The notes under the pieces were generated by a model. The model was not told where the DNA came from. It made no database searches and saw only the letters and a program-made list of their open reading frames with translations. A DNA stretch of 64,000 nt, from assembly GCA_050115495.1 (NCBI GenBank), contig JASFQK010000006.1, positions 64,001 through 128,000 on the forward strand, read 5' to 3'. Made by a program: the position numbers and the translations under genes. Of the stretch, positions 9,475-18,869 are shown in pieces. Position 1 is the stretch's first letter. Each line of letters opens with the position of its first letter. This stretch comes from Phycisphaerae bacterium (GTDB lineage: Bacteria; Planctomycetota; Phycisphaerae; UBA1845; Fen-1342).

Positions 9475-12400
9475 ATGAGAAGAGGAAGCATACTGCTGCT
9501 GTCCGTGGTTCTTCTGTGTGCGGGGCCGTTCGCGGCGTCCGCCCTGGCTGCGCCGCCCGAGCCTCCGGCCATCTCGCCAGCCGCCGTGCAGCCGGCGACG
9601 AACGCTCCTCCGTCGCTCACCGTCATTTCGGCAGAGACACACGATGCCGAGATGAACTCACGGGAAACGTGTCAGCATAGCGTCGTTCTTGACGAGAGTT
9701 TCTGGTGGCCAGACAGATTTGGTTGGCGCGGCAGCCAGCTCGACCTGTATGTCAATGATACGCTCGTCTTGTCCGGGATGACGTTGCCGACATACACGGA
9801 TGAAGTCGCTTACTACTTCGATGCCTCCGACGGCGACACGATTACCACGGTTTTCCGCGGGAGCGGGGTTCCCTCATTCCAGCGTTACAACCAGTACCGC
9901 ATCTACGATGGAGTGGGTGGTCTGATCGCTCGTGAAGGTGGAGGCTGGACGGGCGCGCCGCCCGAGGGTCTTACCGTAACCGCCAATTGCACGGTAGGTT
10001 CTACCGGTGCTTGTTGCTACGACAACGGCGGTTGCGAGATGGTCGAGAGCGCCGAGGATTGCATCGACGGTCAATTCCTGGGCTTGGGACATACTTGTCT
10101 GGAATGCGAACATATGCTCGAGCGTCCCGCGGACGCCGTATCCGAGGATGAGGACTGCTACGAGGGACTCAACGAAGGTTGCCAGCCTGCAGAAGAAGGC
10201 GGATTCACTCTGCTGAACTGCAATGATACTTTCTATGGCACCTATGGATATGACGGACACGGATTGAGCGATTTTGATTATGATTGGTATAGTGTCGAGA
10301 CCACTGAAACGTCGGTGCTATCGTTGACGATCGAGTCGGAATGGGTCGTGTATTTCGGCATCTACTCCAAGGGACTGGGTGGCGATTGCAGCAATTGGAA
10401 TGTGGCTCCCCACGTCGTTGGTTCGGCGGGTGCCTACGAGCCCGTGACGATCAGTACCGAATGCTTGCCGCCGGGCGAATACCTCATCTACGTATCACTG
10501 TTCTATGAAAGCAGAACCTTTAGCGGGCCATGTCCGATTTATTACGTGGGTACGCTGGAATGTACGCCTGGCTGTGAACCCGCGTTGGGGGCTTGCTGTG
10601 CCGGAGAGTTCCTCGAAAATTGCGTGTCCGACATAACGGAGCCCTGGTGCACGGGCCTTGGTGGGGAATGGCAGGGCGAAGGCAGCAATTGTGACGACAA
10701 TCCCTGCTCGCCACAATACTGTGAAGCATGGGACGATTTCTGCGGCGACGATGAAACCGTATGGGGGCCATATATCTCTCGCGTCCAATTGGGAACGCTG
10801 GACAATTCATCAAGTTGGGAAGATGGCTGTTATTCTGACTACACCGAACCGAATGAGGGCGCGGCGACCGATTTGTTCGTGGGCGAAACACAGGAGATGC
10901 TTGTCACTGACGGCTTACCGTCCGGGCCAAATGCCGACGGCTGGGAGTGCTTCTACGAAGACGTGTGCGCAGTGTGGATTGACTGGAACCAGGACGCGGA
11001 TTTCGATGACGATGGTGAACTGGTGGGATTCGTCTGCGGTGGCGGGCTGTTGCCTTTCAGTATCATGGTTACGCCGCCGGTCGATGCAGTAACGGGCGAG
11101 ACGGGAATGCGTATCCGCTTGTGGTTTACATGGGACGGCGATAACGATAATCCGACACCATGCGGTGGAGCGAATGCCGGCGGCGATGACCTGGCCCAGG
11201 GGGAGGTCGAGGATTACACCGTCAATATTGTGGCCGTGGCCGGCGCGTGCTGTCGGATGGATGATATGCAGGAATGCATCATCGCTACGCCGGCGGAATG
11301 CGAGGCAATTCCCGGTGTCTATCTGGGGCCGTATACGACTTGTTCCGGGAACGATTGCAACGAGAATGGTTATGATGACGCTTGCGACATTGCCGGTTGC
11401 TATGGAACGGCCAGCGAGGACTGCAACCTCAACGGCATACCGGATGAGTGCGAGGAACTCATCGACTGCAACAACAACGGCGTAATGGATGAGTGCGACA
11501 TTATCGCCGGCACGTCGGCGGACTGCGACGGCAACGGCATACCGGACGAGTGCGATATCGCCGATTGTCCCGCCGGCGATCTGTCGTGTGCGGACTGCAA
11601 CCTGAATGGCGTTCTCGACGGCTGCGAGGTCGCTGCGAAGGACAGGGGCCACGCTTACCAGCATGACGACGGCGAAGCCGAGCTGAACGTCGGCCTCGGC
11701 GCCGGGGACACCGTGGCCTGGTTGAACCACTTCACCGTCGACGCCAACGCGACGCGGATCCGCTACGTGCACCTTGCCTATGCCTCGGTCGCGGAAGGCA
11801 CGCCCGTCACCGTGTATCTCTGGAATGACCCGGACCAGGACGGTTATCCGGGCGACGCTCAGGTGATCGCATCCGCGCACACTGTCGTGACCAACCCCGG
11901 CACCAATACGTTCGACGTGGTCGCCATTCCTTACACGGACATCGGCCCGGCCGGAACGCACTTCTTCGTCGGAGCGGTCCTGACGCAGGCGGCGGACGAG
12001 CACCCGGTACCGGTCGACCACACCGCCTCCGCCGGTCAGAGTTGGATCGCCGGTGGCACGGTGTTCGATCCCAACTTCCTGGAGCGAGCCCAGTTACCGG
12101 TTTCCCGGCTCGACGACCTCGGCTACCCGGGCAACTGCCTGATCCGCGCCGAAGCGCAGGGCGGCGACTGCAATGGCAACGGCATTCCCGACGACTGCGA
12201 CATCATGGACGGCACCAGCAGGGACTGCAACGGCGACATGATCCCGGACGAGTGTCAGCTCGATGGCAATGACTGCAACGGCAACGGCCTTCTCGACGAA
12301 TGCGACATCCTCTCGGGTTACAGCGAAGACTGCAACGAGAACGGCCAGCCGGACGAATGTGACGTCAGCGATGGCACCAGCGAGGACTGCCAGCCGGATG

Positions 12401-13350
12401 GTATCCCCGACGAATGCCAACTCTGGACTGACGGTCGCAATGCCGGACTCGCCGGTACGGAAACGCTGGCCTGGGATGACGGGTCCGCCGAGACCGCGCT
12501 CGGTCTTACCACGGGCGGCGAGATGGTGTGGGTTCAGGAGTTCATTGCCGAAGAACCGGCTACCGTCCAGGCTGTGCAAACGTGCTTCGGCGCGGCGTTC
12601 AATCCGGGTGGCTCGGGCGTTTCGGCCGGCGATTCCTTCCGCGTGTTCATCTGGAGTGATCCGAACCAGGACAGCTACCCCTTCGACGCGGTGCTCCTGG
12701 CTGAGGCGACCGGTACCGTCGATGCGGCCAGCATAGACACCGACGTTCTCCAGACCTTGCCCATTTCGGCCCAGGTCGACGGTCGCTTCTTCGTGGGGGC
12801 TTCCGTGGTCCACGCCGCCGGCATGCACCCGGCGCCCGTGGACAGAGACGACCCGCACGGACACGCCTGGGTGACGTCCAACGAACTCCCGTACAATCCC
12901 AATTACTGGACGGACCAGACGTACACTCTGGAGGGCGTTGGCCGGCCCGGCAATCTGCTGTTGCGGGTGGAGATCGAATACGACACACCGTCAAACGACT
13001 GCAACCTCAACGGTATTCCGGATGAGTGTGATCTGTGTGGCGACCTCGATCTGGACGGTGACGTGGACTATGACGACTACGTGATCTTCCTGAGCACCTT
13101 CGGCGGTGAGACCGATGGAACACCGCCGCAGGATTGGTGCTGTGACTATGACCACAGCGGCGCCGTCGGTATGGCCGACTACGCAGCGTGGCTGGATTGC
13201 TATCGCGCGTATATCGGCAAACTGGAAGCCCCGCCGCCGGCCGGTCCGCTCGCGCCGCCCCCCGACTTGCTCCGGCGGAAGGCGGAAGGCCTGGTCACGC
13301 AGCAGTCGCCGACCAATGCCCCCGTGCCGAGCGAGACGCCGGCTCCGTGA
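9475..13350 (+). CDS. Large secreted acidic, Cys-rich protein: GEVED domain, GACC repeats, DCNxNG Ca-binding-type repeats, two copies of a ~160-aa domain, C-terminal dockerin-like domain
   Basis: RBS AGGAGG; signal peptide; VWIDWNQDADFDDDGE...QGEVEDYTVNI; many DCNxNGxPDxC repeats; GDLDLDGDVDYDDY...CDYDHSGAVGMADY. Confidence 0.88.
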   Translation: MRRGSILLLSVVLLCAGPFAASALAAPPEPPAISPAAVQPATNAPPSLTVISAETHDAEMNSRETCQHSVVLDESFWWPDRFGWRGSQLDLYVNDTLVLSGMTLPTYTDEVAYYFDASDGDTITTVFRGSGVPSFQRYNQYRIYDGVGGLIAREGGGWTGAPPEGLTVTANCTVGSTGACCYDNGGCEMVESAEDCIDGQFLGLGHTCLECEHMLERPADAVSEDEDCYEGLNEGCQPAEEGGFTLLNCNDTFYGTYGYDGHGLSDFDYDWYSVETTETSVLSLTIESEWVVYFGIYSKGLGGDCSNWNVAPHVVGSAGAYEPVTISTECLPPGEYLIYVSLFYESRTFSGPCPIYYVGTLECTPGCEPALGACCAGEFLENCVSDITEPWCTGLGGEWQGEGSNCDDNPCSPQYCEAWDDFCGDDETVWGPYISRVQLGTLDNSSSWEDGCYSDYTEPNEGAATDLFVGETQEMLVTDGLPSGPNADGWECFYEDVCAVWIDWNQDADFDDDGELVGFVCGGGLLPFSIMVTPPVDAVTGETGMRIRLWFTWDGDNDNPTPCGGANAGGDDLAQGEVEDYTVNIVAVAGACCRMDDMQECIIATPAECEAIPGVYLGPYTTCSGNDCNENGYDDACDIAGCYGTASEDCNLNGIPDECEELIDCNNNGVMDECDIIAGTSADCDGNGIPDECDIADCPAGDLSCADCNLNGVLDGCEVAAKDRGHAYQHDDGEAELNVGLGAGDTVAWLNHFTVDANATRIRYVHLAYASVAEGTPVTVYLWNDPDQDGYPGDAQVIASAHTVVTNPGTNTFDVVAIPYTDIGPAGTHFFVGAVLTQAADEHPVPVDHTASAGQSWIAGGTVFDPNFLERAQLPVSRLDDLGYPGNCLIRAEAQGGDCNGNGIPDDCDIMDGTSRDCNGDMIPDECQLDGNDCNGNGLLDECDILSGYSEDCNENGQPDECDVSDGTSEDCQPDGIPDECQLWTDGRNAGLAGTETLAWDDGSAETALGLTTGGEMVWVQEFIAEEPATVQAVQTCFGAAFNPGGSGVSAGDSFRVFIWSDPNQDSYPFDAVLLAEATGTVDAASIDTDVLQTLPISAQVDGRFFVGASVVHAAGMHPAPVDRDDPHGHAWVTSNELPYNPNYWTDQTYTLEGVGRPGNLLLRVEIEYDTPSNDCNLNGIPDECDLCGDLDLDGDVDYDDYVIFLSTFGGETDGTPPQDWCCDYDHSGAVGMADYAAWLDCYRAYIGKLEAPPPAGPLAPPPDLLRRKAEGLVTQQSPTNAPVPSETPAP

Positions 13351-13357
13351 CCAATCT

Positions 13358-13494
13358 CCGGTGGCGACGACCGGCCGTGGGCTGACCTCGGCCGGCGTTG
13401 CCACCGGCGCACTACCCTAGTAATGAAGAGAACGACCTGGATATCCATGAATCCCCGAGCCCATTGGTGACCGCGTTTCGACCATGGCTCGGGG
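13358..13494 (+). other. Two intergenic GC-rich stem-loops without U-tracts
   Basis: CCGGTGGCGACG-A-CCGGCCG...CGGCCGG-CGTTGCCACCGG (13358-13407) and CCCCGAGCCCATTGGT...ACCATGGCTCGGGG (13453-13494). Confidence 0.65.
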
Positions 13495-13514
13495 CACTGT
13501 GAGGAGGATGAGGA

Positions 13515-14042
13515 ATGACTACTCCACGAAGTCTGATCTGTACCGCCGTCTTGGCGGGGCTGTTCTGCGTGATGCCGGCGTCGGCGGACGTGATCGTACG
13601 GCTCGAACCGGCTCATCCTGTTGTCGTCGTCGGCGAGTCCGTGAGCGTTGACATCATGGCAACGTTCGACGAACCCGTGACGGCCTGGGGCCTCGATCTA
13701 ACGAACGCTGAGCCAACGTACGCCGCCTGGACCGCGACCAGCATCGGCGATGATTGGGACAAACCGCTGGAGACGCTCGATGGTGACGGTCTCGCGGGGC
13801 TGCGCTTCCCGTCTGGCATCAGTGGCGACGTGTTGTTGGCGACCCTGACCTTCGAGGGACTCACAGAAGGCGAAACACTGCTTACGCTGAGTAGCGGCCC
13901 GGAAGAAGATGAAGGCATCCTGCTTGCGTCCGGCAGCATGGCGGACGTTCAGTTCACGTCGGCAACGTTGACCGTCGTGCCGGAACCCGCCACCGCTTCG
14001 CTGCTTCTCTCGGCTCTGTTCCTCCTCCCCCGCCGCCGCTAG
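13515..14042 (+). CDS. Cohesin-like domain protein with PEP-CTERM anchor
   Basis: Signal peptide; VVVGESVSVDI...VTAWGLDL...LLATLTFEGLTEGETLLTLS pattern typical of cohesin beta-sandwiches; ends VPEPATASLLLSALFLLPRRR. Confidence 0.78.
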   Translation: MTTPRSLICTAVLAGLFCVMPASADVIVRLEPAHPVVVVGESVSVDIMATFDEPVTAWGLDLTNAEPTYAAWTATSIGDDWDKPLETLDGDGLAGLRFPSGISGDVLLATLTFEGLTEGETLLTLSSGPEEDEGILLASGSMADVQFTSATLTVVPEPATASLLLSALFLLPRRR

Positions 14043-14232
14043 AGCGACCTTTCACCAGCGCGCGGTGCAGCAACCGGGCACCATCGGGCCGTCCCAACCC
14101 GGTGGTGCCCTCTCTCTGCGCGAAAGAGACGAAGCTCTGCGCCGAATCGACCTGAAGGGGTCCTCTGATCCTCGGCGCAATTAACCGGCCGGAGTGTCAG
14201 CGCATCCGCTAATCCCCCGGGGCGAAGCGTGG

Positions 14233-15180
14233 TTAGGCAGGCAGGGCGCGGACAAAGCCGCGGATGAGCGTGTTCTGCCGCTGGTTGTAGCCCATGCACA
14301 CCAGCGGATACAGCGTCTTGCCGAGGCGGCCGAAGGCGCGGCAGAACATGCGATCCCAGTAGCTCGTCGCCTCCGCCATGTGCCGTTCGATGTTCTTCTG
14401 GAGCACCAGCCACACGTCCTCGCGGAGCTTCTCGGCGGTGCCGAAGGCACCCGCCGGCGTGGCCTCGCCGGCGAGGATGTTCGCCAGCAATTCGTCCCGC
14501 GTGCGACCGGCGCTGACCGTGTACGTCGTGCCGACACGATGCGTATGCGAGTCGCTGCCGCCGACGAGCGTCTTGTGGTGGCCCTGCGTCGCCGCCCAGG
14601 CGAAAGCGTTGTGGGCGTAGCTGCGGGCCCCGTTGATACCCTCGAAGGTGTCGAACAGATCGAGCATGATCTCGATCTGGGCCGGGGTCAACACGCGATG
14701 CTGCGCCGTCCAGGTCATGTGGTTCAGCACGAACAGCTTGCCCTGGCTCCGGACGTAGCCGCAGAAGTCGTAGATGTTGTCGCGGAGGCGCTGAATCTCG
14801 GCGTGCTGGACCTCGTCGATGTCGAAGACGTTGACGTGGACGATCGTCCCATCCTCGGGGAAGGTCACCGAGACCTCTTCGCCGAAGATGAAGTCCGTCG
14901 GGTTGTTGCGACGCTCGACCAGGGCCTTGCAGCCGTCGATGGTGTCGTGATCGGTGATGGTCACGAAATCCATCCCGCGGGCCTTGGCCTGGTCGTAGAC
15001 TTCCTCAGGCTCGGCGTAGGGGTGATAGACGATCCCGGGCAGCCAGCGGAGGGTCTCGTCAGAGAAGGTGCTGTGGCAGTGCAGGTCGATGCGCGCCCCC
15101 GGGCGACGCTGCCAGGGGTCGGTTGATCCGCCGCTCTCGCGCCCCGTGTATTCCAGCAGTGTGTTCAACAAATCGCTCAT
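14233..15180 (-). CDS. PHP-domain metal-dependent phosphoesterase
   Basis: IDLHCHSTFSD, FVTITDHDTIDG, GEEVS, NH and GGSDSH motifs. Confidence 0.9.
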   Translation of the reverse strand: MSDLLNTLLEYTGRESGGSTDPWQRRPGARIDLHCHSTFSDETLRWLPGIVYHPYAEPEEVYDQAKARGMDFVTITDHDTIDGCKALVERRNNPTDFIFGEEVSVTFPEDGTIVHVNVFDIDEVQHAEIQRLRDNIYDFCGYVRSQGKLFVLNHMTWTAQHRVLTPAQIEIMLDLFDTFEGINGARSYAHNAFAWAATQGHHKTLVGGSDSHTHRVGTTYTVSAGRTRDELLANILAGEATPAGAFGTAEKLREDVWLVLQKNIERHMAEATSYWDRMFCRAFGRLGKTLYPLVCMGYNQRQNTLIRGFVRALPA

Positions 15181-15337
15181 ACCACCTAAGCCATTTGCAC
15201 CGCGTCTGAATTATTGCACGCCCGCGTTATATTCGCGTCGGGCCCGCGCGAAAAATCCGTAAGCGCGGGTAATTCCTGTCAGCAAGCGGGGGCGATAATC
15301 AACCAGTGACCACGCCGGCGGACCGGCCACCGACGGC

Positions 15338-18300
15338 TCACCCGCCGACAATGGCCAACCGCACCTCGTACGATTCTATCTTCACCGTCCGCACTTGGCT
15401 CGTCCCGGACACCGAGAACTCGATCCGCTCGGCGAGACATTCCCGGCGGATCGTATCGGCATAGCGGTCCAGCACGTCGCGCAGGGCCGCCGGCGCGTCA
15501 ATTTCGAGGGCGATCCGTGCCTCGTAGGCCAGATTTCCGTCCTTCCGCAGGGCCTGCACGTGGTGGATCGCCTCGCGAACCAACCCCTCGTCCTTCAGCT
15601 CGGGCGTCAGCTCGGTCTTGACCACGACCACGCCCGCCCGGCCCTGGGCCGCCGACCAGCCCGGCTTGGCTTCCAGGCGAATCTCCAGGTCCTCGGTCGC
15701 CAGCCGGACGCTCTGCCCGCCGACGTCGAGCGCCAGCTCGCCCGTGGTGGCCAGCGTCTTCCGAGCGTCGGCGGCGTCGACCCCGCCCAGCGCCTTGGCG
15801 ATCTGCGGGGCCAGCTTGCCGAACTTCGGCCCGATCGTCTGGAAGTTCGGCTTCACCTGGTACGTCACGTAATGCTCGGCCTCGGTCGTGAACTCCACCG
15901 CCTTGATGTTGAGCTCCTCGGCAATGAGCTCGCTGTGGGCGGCCAGCCACTCGGTATGCTCGCCGTGCACCAGGATGATCTCGGCCAGCGCCAGCGGCTG
16001 CCGCACCTTGAGCTTCGCCCCGGTCCGGGCCGCCCGCCCGAGCGAGACAACCTGCCGCACCAGGTCCATCTCCTGGGCCAGCGCCTCGTCGATCAGGGCC
16101 TCGTCCACCACGGGGTAGTCACACAGGTGCACGCTCACCGGCGGTCCCCCGGTGTCGCCCGTCTCCTGCATGGTCTGCTCGCCGCGGACGAGGTTCTGGT
16201 ACATCGTTTCGGCGAAGAACGGCGTGAACGGGGCGACCAGCTTGCTGAGCGCAACCAGGCACTCGTACAGCGTGTGGTAGGCGTCCCACTTGTCCTGGTT
16301 CTTCTCGCTTCGCCAGAAGCGTTCCCGCGACCGCCGGACGTACCAGTTCGACAGGGCGTCGACGAACTCGTTGAGCCGACCGGCGGCGGGGTAGTTCTCG
16401 AAGCGATCGAGGCTGGCCCGCACGTCGCGGATCGTGCCATGCAGCATGCTGAGGATCCAGCGGTCGAGCTCGCAGCGCTCGGCGGCGGGCCGCAGTTCGG
16501 CGGCGGCCGGGTCGAAGCCGTCGATGTTGGCGTAGATGTTGAAGAAGCTGAAGACGTTGTACAAGCGCAGGAGGAACTCGCGCTGGGCGTCGCGGATGGG
16601 CGCCTCCTGGAAGCGGACGCTCGTCCAGGGCACTTGCCCGCTGAAGAAGTACCAGCGCATCGCGTCGGCGCCGTAGTGGTCGAAGATGAAGTCGGGTTCC
16701 TTGTAGTTCTTGGTCCGCTTCGACATCTTCAGCCCGTCCTCGCCCATGACGTGGCCGAGGACGATGCAGGTCTTGTAGGGATGCGGATAGTCCCGAGCGG
16801 GCCCGGTGTCTCCCCCACCACCGCTATCCTTCCTGAACAGCAGCGTGCTGATCGCCGCCAGGCCGTAGAACCAGCCGCGGGTCTGGTCGATCGCCTCGCT
16901 GATGAAGTCGGCGGGGAAACGCTCGTCGAACGTCCGCACGCTGTTCGGCGTGTGCGGGAAGCCCCACTGCGCAAACGGCATGCTGCCGGCGTCCCACCAG
17001 CAATCGATCACTTCCGGCACCCGTCGCATGCGGGCCCCCTTGGCGAACGGGCTGTCGTACGTAACCGCGTCGATATACGGCTTGTGGACCCGCAGGTGGT
17101 CGGGGATGGTCGGGTCTTCGGCCTTCTTCGTGGCCCACATGCCCTGCGGATAGTCGGGCGTGCGATCGGTCACGCCGGGCTTTTCCATCAACTCCGCCAG
17201 CGAGCCAATCGCCTCCATCTTGCCGGTCTGCTCACAAACCCAGATCGGCAGCGGCGTGCCCCAGTACCGCTCGCGCGACAGCGCCCAGTCGACATTGTTC
17301 CGCAGGAAGTCGCCGAAGCGGCCTTCCTTGATATGCTCGGGTAGCCAGTTGATCTGGTCGTTGTTCGCCAGGAAGTCGTCCTTGAACTGGCTGGTGCGGA
17401 CGAACCAGCTCTTGCGGGCGTACTGGATGAGAGCGTCATCCTCAGCTCGCGGGCAGAACGGGTACTCGTGCCGGTAGATCTCCTGGTGGTACAGGATGCC
17501 ACGCCGGTTCAGCTCGCGGATGATGTCCTTGTCGCATTCCTTGACCCAGCGCCCGCGATAGGGCTCGGGCGCCTCATCGTTGAACTTGCCGTCGGGGTTG
17601 ACGGCGTTGATCAGCGGAATGCCGTTTAGCTCGTCTTCGAAACGCCGCCGCTCGCCCTGAAGCAGCTCGAAGTCCACCTCACCATAAGCCGGAGCCTCGT
17701 GCACCAGCCCCGAGCCGGAGTCCAGCGTGACGAAGTCGGCCAACGTCACGCGCCAGCCGATGTAGTCCTGCCCACCCGCCGGCTCGCGCAGTGCCGCCGT
17801 CGCCTCGCCCATCGGCTTGCCGCCGACGGGGCGCTGGTAGTACGACTCCGGGAACGGCGGGACGTACCGCCGGCCGACGAGGTCCGTACCCTTGCAGTTC
17901 GCCACAGACTCGAGCTCGTGCTGGACCTTCGCCGCGGTCGTGATGACGAGGGCGGTGGCGATGTAGAGGTACTCGCCGGTGGTCTTGTCGAGCACGAGCG
18001 AATAGTCGATGTCCGGCCCGACGGCGGCAAAGTGGTTGCTGATGAGCGTCCACGGCGTCGTCGTCCAGACCAGCAGGCTGACCTTGGCGTCCGCCGGCAG
18101 CTCATCGTGGGGACAACGTCGACCACGGGGGGCCGACACTGCATCGGCCACCGCCTTCGCCGGCTCGTCGCCTGTGCGGAGCAGCGGAAAGCGGATGTAC
18201 ACGCTCGGATCGTCGACGGTCCGATATCCTTCGCCGACCTCCCCCGCCGACAGGGCCGTCCCACCCTGCGCCCACCACCAGACGACCTTGTGCCCCTGGT

Positions 18301-18817
18301 ACAGCAGACCTCGCTCGAACAGCGTCTTCAGGCTCCACCAGACGCTCTCCACGTAGCTCTGGTGGAACGTGACGTAGGCCTCTTCGAGGTTGACCCAGAA
18401 GCCCAGCCGGCGGGTCATCTGCTCCCATTCGCGGGTATAGCGGAAGACGCTCTCGATGCACCGGCGGACGAACTTCTCGACGCCGTAGGTCTCAATCTCC
18501 TCCTTCGTATGGATGCCGAGCTGCTTGCAGACCTCGACTTCGACCGGCAAACCGTGCGTGTCCCAGCCGGCCTTGCGCTCGACCAGCCGCCCGCACATCG
18601 TCTGGTAGCGGGGAAACAGATCCTTGATCGCCCGGGTCAGGCAGTGACCGGGGTGCGGCAGACCGTTGGCCGTCGGCGGCCCTTCGTAGAACACGAAGCG
18701 CGGCGCCCCCTGGCGAATCTCCAGCGACTTGCCGAACACATCGAGCTTCTGCCAGAACTCCAGTACGCGCAGCTCGCTCTCGGGAAAGCTGAACCTGGCC
18801 GGAAGGGGCGCAAACAT
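15338..18817 (-). CDS. ileS: Isoleucine--tRNA ligase, type 2
   Basis: FYEGPPTANGLPHPGH, GWDTHGLPVE, DWALSRERYWGTPLP, EAIDQTRGWFY, KMSKR, LSNWYVRRSRERFW; IleRS2-type C-terminus; RBS GGAGG before ATG 18817. Confidence 0.97.
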   Translation of the reverse strand: MFAPLPARFSFPESELRVLEFWQKLDVFGKSLEIRQGAPRFVFYEGPPTANGLPHPGHCLTRAIKDLFPRYQTMCGRLVERKAGWDTHGLPVEVEVCKQLGIHTKEEIETYGVEKFVRRCIESVFRYTREWEQMTRRLGFWVNLEEAYVTFHQSYVESVWWSLKTLFERGLLYQGHKVVWWWAQGGTALSAGEVGEGYRTVDDPSVYIRFPLLRTGDEPAKAVADAVSAPRGRRCPHDELPADAKVSLLVWTTTPWTLISNHFAAVGPDIDYSLVLDKTTGEYLYIATALVITTAAKVQHELESVANCKGTDLVGRRYVPPFPESYYQRPVGGKPMGEATAALREPAGGQDYIGWRVTLADFVTLDSGSGLVHEAPAYGEVDFELLQGERRRFEDELNGIPLINAVNPDGKFNDEAPEPYRGRWVKECDKDIIRELNRRGILYHQEIYRHEYPFCPRAEDDALIQYARKSWFVRTSQFKDDFLANNDQINWLPEHIKEGRFGDFLRNNVDWALSRERYWGTPLPIWVCEQTGKMEAIGSLAELMEKPGVTDRTPDYPQGMWATKKAEDPTIPDHLRVHKPYIDAVTYDSPFAKGARMRRVPEVIDCWWDAGSMPFAQWGFPHTPNSVRTFDERFPADFISEAIDQTRGWFYGLAAISTLLFRKDSGGGGDTGPARDYPHPYKTCIVLGHVMGEDGLKMSKRTKNYKEPDFIFDHYGADAMRWYFFSGQVPWTSVRFQEAPIRDAQREFLLRLYNVFSFFNIYANIDGFDPAAAELRPAAERCELDRWILSMLHGTIRDVRASLDRFENYPAAGRLNEFVDALSNWYVRRSRERFWRSEKNQDKWDAYHTLYECLVALSKLVAPFTPFFAETMYQNLVRGEQTMQETGDTGGPPVSVHLCDYPVVDEALIDEALAQEMDLVRQVVSLGRAARTGAKLKVRQPLALAEIILVHGEHTEWLAAHSELIAEELNIKAVEFTTEAEHYVTYQVKPNFQTIGPKFGKLAPQIAKALGGVDAADARKTLATTGELALDVGGQSVRLATEDLEIRLEAKPGWSAAQGRAGVVVVKTELTPELKDEGLVREAIHHVQALRKDGNLAYEARIALEIDAPAALRDVLDRYADTIRRECLAERIEFSVSGTSQVRTVKIESYEVRLAIVGG

Positions 18818-18869
18818 CAATTCCTCCGTGGCTCGGCGGCCCCCCGCACCGCCGAAAAGGCACAAGATA

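Noticed and set aside
11350..12420. GACTGCAAC-type repeats (also 59510-60190) as CRISPR or DGR repeats
   Set aside because: In-frame coding repeats for DCNxNG motifs; no cas or reverse transcriptase genes.
15395..17344. Long alternative ORFs over ileS, and similar ones at 20783..22693, 24390..26018, 35646..37199 and 49133..50605
   Set aside because: High-GC shadow frames overlapping well-supported genes.
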